64,000 nucleotides of DNA from an uncultured Acidimicrobiales bacterium (GTDB lineage: Bacteria; Actinomycetota; Acidimicrobiia; Acidimicrobiales; CAVXTF01), in NCBI GenBank assembly GCA_963701375.1, contig CAVOZT010000005.1, positions 277,744 through 341,743 of the forward strand, in the 5' to 3' direction. The first letter of the stretch is position 1, and each line of letters opens with the position of its first letter. Below the pieces are notes generated by a model. It had not been told where the DNA came from, did not search any database, and saw only the letters and a program-made list of their open reading frames with translations. Below are positions 9,891 to 18,340 of this stretch, piece by piece. The position numbers and the translations under genes are program-made.

Positions 9891-11525
9891 CTAGACGTCT
9901 TCCTGCTGGTCGAAATCAGCCTCGGGTTCCTCTGGTTCGGGGTGCAGTGGCTCGGCCCGATGGTCTTCCGAGGGTGATGCCGGTTCAGTCTCCGTAGCCT
10001 CAGAGGATTCCCCTGCCTGGGCCTTGCCCGCATCTCCAGGGGACTCCTCGGGTTCAACTTCACTCTCCTCAGGTTCGACACGGGTTTGCTGCTCTGGCGG
10101 TGGACCCGGAGTAACAGTTACGACCACTGGCGAGGCGCCAGTTCGATTCTGCAACAAGAGTTGGAACGTTGGCGTAGTTGAGCTGTGTTGCAACGCCTCC
10201 ACTCCGGTAAAGCCAAGCTTTCTGAGAAGGCACATCTCTAACAGTGCAATGCACTCGTAACTGAGCAACCAAAGCTCTTGTCCTGAGGCAGCTTTCGACT
10301 CCAAGTTCGGGTTGAAGTGAGTTAGATAGTTGCGCGTGTCTCCCGTCACCTTTACGAAGTCGTCTCGAAGCAACGGGAGGATCTCGTCGCCAACAAAGTC
10401 CAACATCTGCCGCAGACGCTGTTTTAGCGTTGGTTCATTGCTGAAGTTGAGTTTCTCTTTGAGCCAAGGGCGAAGGGTCTCGTCCTCGACGTCGTCGACA
10501 ATTGAAGCGACACGTGCCTTATGTTCTTCTTCTGGCAAGACGCCGTCTGGCCACTCTTTGCGATGGAAGAGTTCAAGTGCTTGGGCTGCAAACAGAAAGC
10601 GAGAGTCTAGATAGAGCCCGATACCGAGGGAAATTGCAAAGAGAAGGCTCATCGAGTGCTCTTGCTGTGTGTGCAACACATCCCACGCCTGCAGCACTGC
10701 TCCCAACCGATCACGAATGGTTGCAAGTGGGAGTCGCATTTGTGTAGGTGACTTCGCACCCGATGGACTCCGCCAGCCTACGTATCCAACTTCAATTTTT
10801 TGAGCCAGCCACTTGCTTCCAACTTGCCTACCGAGACCCTCGACGTTGACGGAGAGACTAAGCAGGTGGGTTGGAACACCGCACGCAAACGTCATGAACC
10901 GTTGCATTGGTATGGCGAACGACGACAGCAGTTGACCGATGTTCGACTGCTGATCGGGAGTGAACTCTATTTGAGCAGAGCGTTCGTACGTGAGTGTGTT
11001 TAGCCGGTTGTGTTGCATCGATAAATAGGCGATCTTCAGGGTGCCACCGAAGGCGCTCCCGCTGGGGCCGTCCGGAAGGTCTCTGGTTAGAACGATGGAT
11101 CCGTCAGGTCGGGTTTCAGTGACGATGGGTTGATCGGGAGCGGCCCATTCATCGATGTGTTCGAATCGCAACTGAATTTCTGAAAGTGCAGTTTCTTCCC
11201 CGTCGGGAAGGTGTGCCCCCCGAAAGATGAAATGAGGATGCAGATCCAAAGGGATCGTGCCAGTACCACGAAATGCAACTGTGGTGCGACCAACCTCGAC
11301 CGACGTAAGGGTAACGGGGGAACCGCTTTCCAACACTCCGAAGATCACCTTGTATCCCGGATGCGCCGTGATTAGTGGGGCAAAGGTTTGGAAGTCTTCG
11401 AATGGGTTGAGGATTGTGAGCGTAATCCCACTATCTTCATGACCGAATGTGAGGTTGCCAGACCGGGCCGCGTCGGGACGATCGGGAAGCCAGAAATAGC
11501 CGAGTTCTTTCGAGAACGGTTGCAT
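9891..11525 (-). CDS. apeA: ApeA-family HEPN nuclease (ApeA N-terminal domain + HEPN), candidate anti-phage protein
   Basis: N-terminal GYFWLP...GNLTF...GITLTI typical of ApeA NTD; HEPN RxxxxH motif RNYLTH; acidic C-terminal tail. Confidence 0.75.
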   Translation of the reverse strand: MQPFSKELGYFWLPDRPDAARSGNLTFGHEDSGITLTILNPFEDFQTFAPLITAHPGYKVIFGVLESGSPVTLTSVEVGRTTVAFRGTGTIPLDLHPHFIFRGAHLPDGEETALSEIQLRFEHIDEWAAPDQPIVTETRPDGSIVLTRDLPDGPSGSAFGGTLKIAYLSMQHNRLNTLTYERSAQIEFTPDQQSNIGQLLSSFAIPMQRFMTFACGVPTHLLSLSVNVEGLGRQVGSKWLAQKIEVGYVGWRSPSGAKSPTQMRLPLATIRDRLGAVLQAWDVLHTQQEHSMSLLFAISLGIGLYLDSRFLFAAQALELFHRKEWPDGVLPEEEHKARVASIVDDVEDETLRPWLKEKLNFSNEPTLKQRLRQMLDFVGDEILPLLRDDFVKVTGDTRNYLTHFNPNLESKAASGQELWLLSYECIALLEMCLLRKLGFTGVEALQHSSTTPTFQLLLQNRTGASPVVVTVTPGPPPEQQTRVEPEESEVEPEESPGDAGKAQAGESSEATETEPASPSEDHRAEPLHPEPEEPEADFDQQEDV

Positions 11526-11567
11526 TAGCCGATTGTGAGAGTAGCGATAGTGGGGATGTACATGAGG

Positions 11568-11705
11568 TCAGCCGTCGTTGGACGTTGTTCGGTCTTCTTC
11601 GGCAGACTGCGGCGACAACTCCAACAAACGGTTCAGTGCTGCTTTCGGAACGAGGATACGCCGTTCGATACGCATGGACGGAATCTCACCTCTCTCAACG
11701 CCCTC
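11568..11705 (-). pseudogene. Excisionase (HTH_17) C-terminal remnant
   Basis: ERGEIPSMRIERRILVPKAALNRLL matches the intact xis at 17529; the N-terminal HTH helix is absent. Confidence 0.7.
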
Positions 11706-11795
11706 GCCGTCAAAGACCTCGACCCCGACGGCTGCTCGAACTTTGGCCACGGGTGTCGGTCGCAGCCGAGTGCGAGCGTGATGACGGAAGCTGGA

Positions 11796-12188
11796 TCATC
11801 GTTGTGACGTACCGTAAACAGCGAGTCCTGGACCGTCATACCGTGTCTCAAACTCTTCACGTCTATCCTGATCCGCCATAAGACTAGTGGCTCGTTCAAT
11901 CACTTCGCGGCCAACCTGAAGCGTTCCTTCGGGGAGCACACCAGACTTCAACATTCGAAGAAGCCATTGTCCAATCGCGTACTCGAGCGCTCTTTGGGCG
12001 ACATACTCGTCTGCACCTATCCGCCAGCCCCGTAAGAAATGTTGCGCATCACTGGCGTCCACGAGGAGCAGTCCAGTCGTCAACCGCTCATGGTTTCGCT
12101 CGACTTCAATCTCGACGGTCCAGTTAGCCGTTGGCGTGGCCACCGCCCACTCGCCCAGTTTCGAAACTTGGTACAAGCCTGGCTTCAC
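11796..12188 (-). CDS. Hypothetical protein
   Basis: 130-aa ORF with protein-like composition and no recognised motif. Confidence 0.45.
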   Translation of the reverse strand: MKPGLYQVSKLGEWAVATPTANWTVEIEVERNHERLTTGLLLVDASDAQHFLRGWRIGADEYVAQRALEYAIGQWLLRMLKSGVLPEGTLQVGREVIERATSLMADQDRREEFETRYDGPGLAVYGTSQR

Positions 12189-12250
12189 GTTGAATCACAC
12201 TAGGGGAAATCGGGGTCCGCCCGGCCCGGCTGGTAGAGAGGGAGGTCCGT

Positions 12251-12446
12251 ATGAGCAAGCACGTTCATCCGCAACATCCTGCGGCACTCTTGGATGACGG
12301 AGATGCTGCGAGACGGGATGACCTCGATCCAGCTGTCCATCACCGCCGGGGCGTCGCCCGAAGTGATCGCCCAGTGCTATACGCACCTCACGAAGGACGA
12401 CGCCTACGACGCGATGGTTCGGGTCCTTTCGGGAGGGGGACGGTAG
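12251..12446 (+). pseudogene. Duplicated 3' end of the 8866..9804 integrase
   Basis: Near-identical to 9616..9800 (atgagcaagcacgttcatccgca...gacgacgcctacgacgc), with an extra base and several substitutions. Confidence 0.9.
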
Positions 12447-12502
12447 AGGCAGGGAAATTTTCGAGGACACCGCCCATAGGTGTGGGCGTACAGTCGGTCA
12501 GC

Positions 12503-13187
12503 AATGGCAGGGAACGACTTAGGACCCTGGGAGCCGCTCGGTCTTGAGGAAGTGAGACACCTGTTCGCCCGGTTTCCGGCACGCTGGTGGATCACTGGCG
12601 GTCAGGCGCTGGAGCTTCATCTGGGTCGCTGCTGGCGAACTCATGCCGACACCGACGTGAGCGTGCTGCGAGAAGACAGTTCAGAGCTGCTACACGTACT
12701 GGTCGAGTGGGACATCAATGTTGCCGCTGCTGGTGCCCTTTCGCCCTGGGATGGATCCACCCCCACGGTTGACGCCGAGCAGAACAACTTGTGGTGCCGA
12801 ATGGCAAAAGGTCAACCGTGGTGCATTGACGTCACCATCAGCGATGGAAACCAGGAATTTTGGATCTACCGACGTGATCCGACAGTCCAAGTGCGTTGGG
12901 ACGAGGCTGTCCTGACGAACGAACGTGGTATCCCGTACCTCGCTCCGGAGCTTCAACTTCTCTTCAAGAGCAACAGGGTCCGGCGGAAGGACGAACTGGA
13001 TGCGGCAGAAGTGATTCCGGAACTAAGCGAGGCTCGACGACTTCGACTTCGCAGTTACCTGCCCGGCGACCATCCCTGGCACGCCTTAATGGACTCGGTG
13101 ATGAGATCCTTACGAACTGGTGGCGCCTTGGCAAGGACGAGGATGGTCGCCACCGCCTCGGCCTCACTGCCCGTCAGTGCGCATTGA
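12503..13187 (+). CDS. Nucleotidyltransferase (aminoglycoside-2''-adenylyltransferase-like fold)
   Basis: WWITGGQALELHLG...RTHADTD pol-beta GG...DxD signature; YLAPELQLLFK. Confidence 0.75.
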
Positions 13188-13245
13188 GTGACCCGGACCG
13201 AGTTCGGCGATTCAGCCCCGATCTGACCAGGTCAGCGGGGTCGTG

Positions 13246-13268
13246 TCGAACACGTGTTCGTGTAGACT
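13246..13268 (+). promoter_or_regulatory. LexA (SOS) box next to a -10 element, upstream of the ubiquitin-like operon
   Basis: TCGAAC-ACGT-GTTCGT (13246-13261) against the actinobacterial consensus TCGAAC-N4-GTTCGA; TAGACT -10 at 13263-13268. Confidence 0.75.
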
Positions 13269-13315
13269 TGGGAGCCAGCGGGGCCGCCCACCTGTCGGCC
13301 CAGGGAGGATTCGAG

Positions 13316-13588
13316 ATGTCGACTGTAGAGAATGAGGCGGGCGGACCGGCGGGATTTGAGATCATCGTCGACACAGTTCCGCACGCCGTGCACGACGCCC
13401 GCGTGACGTGGACGCAGGTCGTGGAAATCGCTTACCCAGGTCAGTCCGAAGATCCGAAGTATGTGTTCAAGGTCCAGTATGAGGACGCCGCGAGCCAACC
13501 GAAATCGGGCACGCTCGTGAAAGGCGATCATGTAGAAGTCGAGCGGACTGGGACGACTTTTAGTGTCCTTCGATCCCTGGTCTCGTAG
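13316..13588 (+). CDS. Multiubiquitin-family ubiquitin-like protein
   Basis: RBS GGAGG then ATG 13316; FEIIVD...VTWTQVVEIAY...FKVQY...GTLVKGDHVEV...FSV fits the Multi_ubiq beta-grasp pattern. Confidence 0.8.
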   Translation: MSTVENEAGGPAGFEIIVDTVPHAVHDARVTWTQVVEIAYPGQSEDPKYVFKVQYEDAASQPKSGTLVKGDHVEVERTGTTFSVLRSLVS

Positions 13589-14747
13589 TCCTGACCTAGC
13601 GAGGCTGATCGAAGCGGGTTATGAGCTGGAGTTAACCGGAGACGGTTATCTGCTCGTTCACAATGTCCCGTATCTGAACGAACAACGTTCGATTCAGCAG
13701 GGAACGCTCGTCGCCAAGCTGGAAATGAACGGTGACGCGACGGTCAATCCGGTACAAGATCACGTCGCGTTTTTCATGGGCTCAACTCCGTATCGGTGGA
13801 ACGGCGAACAGGTGCGGCCTCTCGCGGTGACCAATCTTGCCATTGCTGATGGTCGAGTTGCCCACTTTCAAATGTCGCTCAAGCCTCCATCGGCCCAGTT
13901 CTATCCCGACAACTTCGAAAAGGTCGAGTACCACGTACAGAACATCGAAGAAGAAGCGAAGCATCTCGATTCGAGTGTGACCTCGAAGACATTTGGTCCA
14001 TGCATCATCAACAGCGATGAGTGGCCCTTCGAATACGCCGATACCGCCAGCGGGCGAGCGGGCATTGGCGCAATCAATGGACGTCTCGCCGGGCAAAAGA
14101 TCGCAATTGTTGGGCTTGGCGGCACCGGCTCGTACATCCTGGATCTTGTTGCGAAATGCCCCGTTGCCGAGATCCATCTCTATGACGGCGACGTATTCTC
14201 CAGTCATAACGCCTTCCGCTCTCCGGGTGCGGCAAGCCTGGATGAGGTTCGAAGAGGCAGGCTGAAGGTCGAGCGATACACAGAGGTCTATTCGAATCTG
14301 AAGCGAAAGATCACGCCGCATCCTTACAACATCGACGGTACGAACGCTTGCGAACTTGCTCCATACGACTTCATCTTCCTGTCCATGGAAGGCGGAGCGA
14401 CAAAGCTTGCCATCGTCGAAGCACTGGAGAACATGGGCAAGCCCTTTGTCAATGCAAGCATGGGAGTAAAGAAGCCAGGGAGCGGCGAGCAACTACAAGC
14501 GAAAGTTGAAGTGAATGGAAGTACTGTCGACAAGCGTGAGAGCTTCCGGCAGCAGGTTAACTTCGGCGAGATTGATCCGGACGATCCGTACCTGGAAAAC
14601 ATCCAAGTCGCCGAACTCAACGCACTCAACGCGGCGATGGCCGTTCTCTGGTGGAAGAAATGGGCGGGGGTGTACGTGAGCAACAAACTTCCATACTGGA
14701 TGATGCTCGACACGTATCTCGATGGCTTCTACACGGATCGCGCGTAA
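13563..14747 (+). CDS. DUF6791-ThiF (E1-like adenylyltransferase) fusion
   Basis: N-terminal SPDLARLIEAGYE...LLVHNVPY...DHVAFF (DUF6791-like); ThiF motifs IAIVGLGGTGS and DGD...HNAFRSPG. Confidence 0.85.
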   Translation: MSFDPWSRSPDLARLIEAGYELELTGDGYLLVHNVPYLNEQRSIQQGTLVAKLEMNGDATVNPVQDHVAFFMGSTPYRWNGEQVRPLAVTNLAIADGRVAHFQMSLKPPSAQFYPDNFEKVEYHVQNIEEEAKHLDSSVTSKTFGPCIINSDEWPFEYADTASGRAGIGAINGRLAGQKIAIVGLGGTGSYILDLVAKCPVAEIHLYDGDVFSSHNAFRSPGAASLDEVRRGRLKVERYTEVYSNLKRKITPHPYNIDGTNACELAPYDFIFLSMEGGATKLAIVEALENMGKPFVNASMGVKKPGSGEQLQAKVEVNGSTVDKRESFRQQVNFGEIDPDDPYLENIQVAELNALNAAMAVLWWKKWAGVYVSNKLPYWMMLDTYLDGFYTDRA

Positions 14748-15154
14748 TGCCCAAGATCACTGAAGTCAGCTACTCATTCGTCGACTCGGCACCCGAAACG
14801 CTGGAGCCTGGAAGGCTCTACATTTCGATCAAGTACCGTGCAATCGTCCACCTCTGTCTTTGCGGATGCAATGAAAAGGTCCTCTTGAAGCTCGGCCCAG
14901 CCCCGGAGTATTGGAGCTTCACGTTCGACGGCCGATCCATCTCAATTCACGATTCCGTTGGAAATGTTGGCCTGCCTTGTCGGTCTCATTACATCGTCAC
15001 CAGAAACCGGGTCAAGTGGCTGCCGGCACTTGTTGACATCGACCCGAAGATGGCTCTCGAAGGCAGGCCCCCTTACGAGCAGGTCGAAGAAGAGGTTAGA
15101 CACGGATGGTTCGGAAGGCGGTTCCCGCGGCGTCGCAGACGTTCGAAGAAATAG
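14747..15154 (+). CDS. DUF6527 family protein (Cys/His metal-binding)
   Basis: LEPGRLYIS...HLCLCGC...W...SVGN...PCRSHY...W; TAATG stop/start coupling to the ThiF gene. Confidence 0.85.
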   Translation: MPKITEVSYSFVDSAPETLEPGRLYISIKYRAIVHLCLCGCNEKVLLKLGPAPEYWSFTFDGRSISIHDSVGNVGLPCRSHYIVTRNRVKWLPALVDIDPKMALEGRPPYEQVEEEVRHGWFGRRFPRRRRRSKK

Positions 15155-15214
15155 TCAGCACCGACTCGCACAGCACGATCCCCGACGACAATTCCCACCA
15201 CCTACCGCTCCGGG

Positions 15215-15290
15215 TCCAGTGCGCCAACGCTACCCGCCGCACCGAGGTCTCCTTCGACCGATCCGGATGGCTGGGATCTCCCCATGCTTG
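15215..15290 (-). pseudogene. Second excisionase remnant
   Basis: 15251-15283 matches 17598-17630 at 32/33 nt and encodes GEIPAIRIGRR. Confidence 0.75.
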
Positions 15291-15299
15291 ATCGATGAC

Positions 15300-16175
15300 C
15301 TATCCATCCATACTGTCGAAGAGGTGTTGGATGTAAGAAGTGCAGATCACCGTGATGCGATCCTCCGGCATTACTTCGCGAAGTGCTCGATGTGCCATAG
15401 CGACTCCGGCTCCACTGCGGGAACCAAAGAGATCTCGCAGATAGTCGAGACCGAGCCGGACTGATTCTTCTACCAGCGAGTTAGCCAAGAGATTGCGGAT
15501 TGTCTCAGCGACATCGGCGGGATCGATGGCCTGCATTAAGCGCAGCACGTCCGATGCGTCTTTGTCGTCGTAGCGATTCTGTTTTCCGGAGGCAACGCGC
15601 TCGGCAATCTTGTAGGCCTTCGCGATGAAAAGTGCGGCCGGGCCGGCGACCTCGGCACCTATCGAACGGCCGTCTTCAGGATCAAGTGCCGAAATCGTCA
15701 TCGTGTTGTGATCAATCAATGCGGCTTCAAGTCCAGCGACCTTGCGAGCCGCCTGCTTCCCGTGGACTCCAAGACGTACTCCGCGGTGACTATCCTTCGG
15801 AATTGACGCTTCGGGAACTAGCAAATCAAGAGGCACGACATTGACTTGTCCTTCAATTACAACGTTTCTGTACCAGGCGCCAGGCTGAACGTGACCTGCA
15901 GGATTTCGCTGAAGGTCGAAGTCAGCACCTCTCAATGCGTCTTCGAGCGCTGGATCATCGCCCAGGTATGAGGGATCAAGCGCAAGGTCTCCATCGGTAG
16001 TGAAGGGTGCGATCGCAATGGTCGGATCGACGTCTCCAGTATGGAGGTAAATGGCTTGTGCGCCTACGACGATAAACGCTTGACCATGAGGCTCTAGGGC
16101 GAACAAAGCGTCGAGCAGGACGCGTCGAGCTTCCAAATAAGGGGGATCAACACCCTGATACAACGAGTCAGTCAT
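15300..16175 (-). CDS. AbiEii-like nucleotidyltransferase toxin (type IV TA)
   Basis: VVGAQAIYL...TTDGD...LDLLVP...LFIAKAYK...KDASD; overlaps the upstream regulator gene. Confidence 0.75.
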   Translation of the reverse strand: MTDSLYQGVDPPYLEARRVLLDALFALEPHGQAFIVVGAQAIYLHTGDVDPTIAIAPFTTDGDLALDPSYLGDDPALEDALRGADFDLQRNPAGHVQPGAWYRNVVIEGQVNVVPLDLLVPEASIPKDSHRGVRLGVHGKQAARKVAGLEAALIDHNTMTISALDPEDGRSIGAEVAGPAALFIAKAYKIAERVASGKQNRYDDKDASDVLRLMQAIDPADVAETIRNLLANSLVEESVRLGLDYLRDLFGSRSGAGVAMAHRALREVMPEDRITVICTSYIQHLFDSMDG

Positions 16176-17299
16176 TGTCGCTCTCTTGACGTAGCAGATT
16201 CAAAGAGTCAATCCGCCAGTCTGCCTGGTTGTCGAGCATCCAAGACATGAGAGCATCGCCTTCAGCAGGCATGCGTCCGTTACCGGTCAAGCAATCGACA
16301 GCGACTTGCGAGACGCTCGCATATCTGATCCCGTTGACGATCCGGGTCCGGTCCCATACGACCTCATCATATGGCCGCAAGAAAATCACATTCGTTCCCT
16401 CGTCAGATGGCAGTAAGCGCGATTCGATGCCAGCACTCTCGAGATCAGAGCTGTATGCGACAAGCAATGCGGGAGCAGCGACGGCTGCGAACTTGACAGC
16501 CGCAAATGATCCCGTAACGGCATAGCGGTTGTTCGCGGCCGACAGCTGCGAGAGAAGCTGTGCCGCTCCCTTCGGTGCTACAAAGCGAAACGCCGTATTG
16601 GTTTTGAACAGGTCATAAGACTCTGCCCAGCGTTGCAGAAGTCCCTTGATGTCGACTCGTTCAACACGCCCGCGTTTGGAACGGTCGACAAGTGCCTCAT
16701 CATCAAGCGTCTCAAGGAGTTTGGAGACGTATCCAGGATTGAGTTTTGTAACTGTCGCTATTTCTCGAACTCCGTACGGTGGCGTGACATCGAGCAACAG
16801 ACGCACCAGTCGTGCCGCTCTTGGGCCTCGGAGCCTTGATGGAGAACGCGGGGGCGGTGACGGATCGCGAGGCACCACTCGATTGGATAAAGAGTGTGGG
16901 GTAATCAAGTTTGACAAGCGCATTGCCGGTGAGGTCGATGTAGTTGATGCTGTCCTTAGTGAGCAATTCCCTTGTACGTGGGCTTAGCCACGGAGCGACT
17001 ACGAGTAGCGGCACGTTTCCTGCGAGGGTGCGTAGTACACGGGAGACTCCGGGAAGGATGCGCTCGACGTCCCTTGGGGTAAAGGTTCGCTTCGCTTCAA
17101 CGGCCAGGGTCACTTGGATGCCCTGGATGCCTTGGATGTCGATGGCGCCATCGACCAGCTGTTGTGGCTCGGCAAAATTGCCGCCCGACACGACCCGGTT
17201 TGACTTGGCGACGGTCCAGGAGGCAGGGAGGCGGTCCTGAAGCCAGGCAACGGCAGCGTCCGTGAGGTCGGTTTCCTGTAGCAGACTGTTTGCTGTCAT
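16168..17299 (-). CDS. AbiEi-like antitoxin/transcriptional regulator (frameshift at ~16866)
   Basis: ORFs 16712..17299 and 16168..16923 join by one base: VEAKR...PWLSPRTRELL...YIDLTGN, winged HTH GVREIA...GYVSKLL, YAVTGSFAA, QVAVDCL...GR. Confidence 0.75.
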
Positions 17300-17322
17300 A
17301 ACAATTTGGACTATAGCGGGAA

Positions 17323-17381
17323 ATGTTTGCCGATTCGACCATGTTTGCGAGGACAGGAAACATAGGAAGATCAGGAAACAT
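17323..17381. promoter_or_regulatory. Nested palindromic operator upstream of the AbiE-like operon
   Basis: ATGTTT at 17323 and 17341, AAACAT ending at 17363 and 17381; both pairs are centred on 17352. Confidence 0.6.
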
Positions 17382-17528
17382 TGCCAACTCCCGATGGCCT
17401 GCCACTATTCTCCCAGCTCAGGAGGCCCAACTGCCGGGCAGGGTGCCCCTGCCCAACGGGATCCCTCGTGTGTGGCGCGGTGGCCGCTGCCCGAACGTGT
17501 ATTCCTCAGGCTGCGACTCTTTGGAGAC

Positions 17529-17760
17529 TTACTCGGGCTGGCTCTCTGGCCCAGCTGACGATAGGAACCGCTCCAGCGCAGCCCTAGGGACGAGGATCCT
17601 TCGGCCGATCCGGATGGCTGGGATCTCCCCCCGCCTCACAGCCTCGTATGCACCTGCCCGACTGATTCCAAGGGAAGCAGCTGCCTCTTCAACGGTGAGT
17701 GTGAGTCTGTCGATTCCTTCGGAAATCGCCCCGGAAGCAATGCGATTAGAACCTGGCGTT
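17529..17760 (-). CDS. Excisionase-family HTH_17 DNA-binding protein
   Basis: RLTLTVEEAAASLGISRAGAYEAVRRGEIPAIRIGRRILVPRAAL; start uncertain (the ORF extends to 18011). Confidence 0.85.
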
Positions 17761-18077
17761 GGCGCTTGTGCGATAAGAGCGTCCGCAAGGACGGCCTCGT
17801 TCGACGCCCAGTAAGAGGGGTTCGAGACTAAGGCAACCTCCGGTGCCCCGACCGTCGACGCGCTGCCCGGATCATTGACGACTTTGAGGCCAGTGGGCTG
17901 ACGACTGGTAGTCGCAAGCAACAAAGCGAGTTGTTGGACTCGCCCGTTCCAAGCGCTTGGGTTGACGATTGTTGCAACGTCCTCTGGCAGGTCCGAGTCG
18001 TCTTCGTGCATTGTTGAGAACGCTACTTATGATGCGAGCAGTCGGCCGGTGTCGGGCGGCTCGCTCTGGGGTGGACC

Positions 18078-18117
18078 CTCTTTGGCAATCTCTTTGGCAA
18101 TCTAATGGGATTGCCAA
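18078..18117. repeat. Arm-type direct and inverted repeats next to the att site
   Basis: CTCTTTGGCAAT twice in tandem (18078-18101) plus inverted ATTGCCAA (18110-18117). Confidence 0.65.
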
Positions 18118-18208
18118 GGCATCAGTCGTTATCACAGCCCATCATGGATAGTGCACCTGAGCTGGGCAAATGTTACGGCCCGTCAGCAGCTAGACGAGCC
18201 GGACGTAA

Positions 18209-18250
18209 TACGGATCAGAAGGTTGGGGGTTCGAGTCCCTCCAAGCGCGC
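18209..18250 (+). tRNA. 3' fragment of tRNA-Arg(ACG), probable att core
   Basis: TACGGATCAGAAGGTTGGGGGTTCGAGTCCCTCCAAGCGCGC runs from the anticodon loop to the acceptor end; 5' half absent. Confidence 0.8.
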
Positions 18251-18340
18251 TGGGGAAAATAGCTGGTAGAACGTGCTTTTGCTCACGTCCGATCTGTAGG
18301 GATCCACGATTCATCCCTACCTTCAGCCCTATATTGAGCT

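Noticed and set aside
12896-13315. 230-aa N-terminally extended Ubl ORF
   Set aside because: Overlaps the NTase gene and the promoter; RBS and ATG at 13316 give the real 90-aa protein.
17113-17140. 9-bp tandem repeat (IQG x3) in the AbiEi-like gene
   Set aside because: In-frame micro-duplication with no sign of phase variation.
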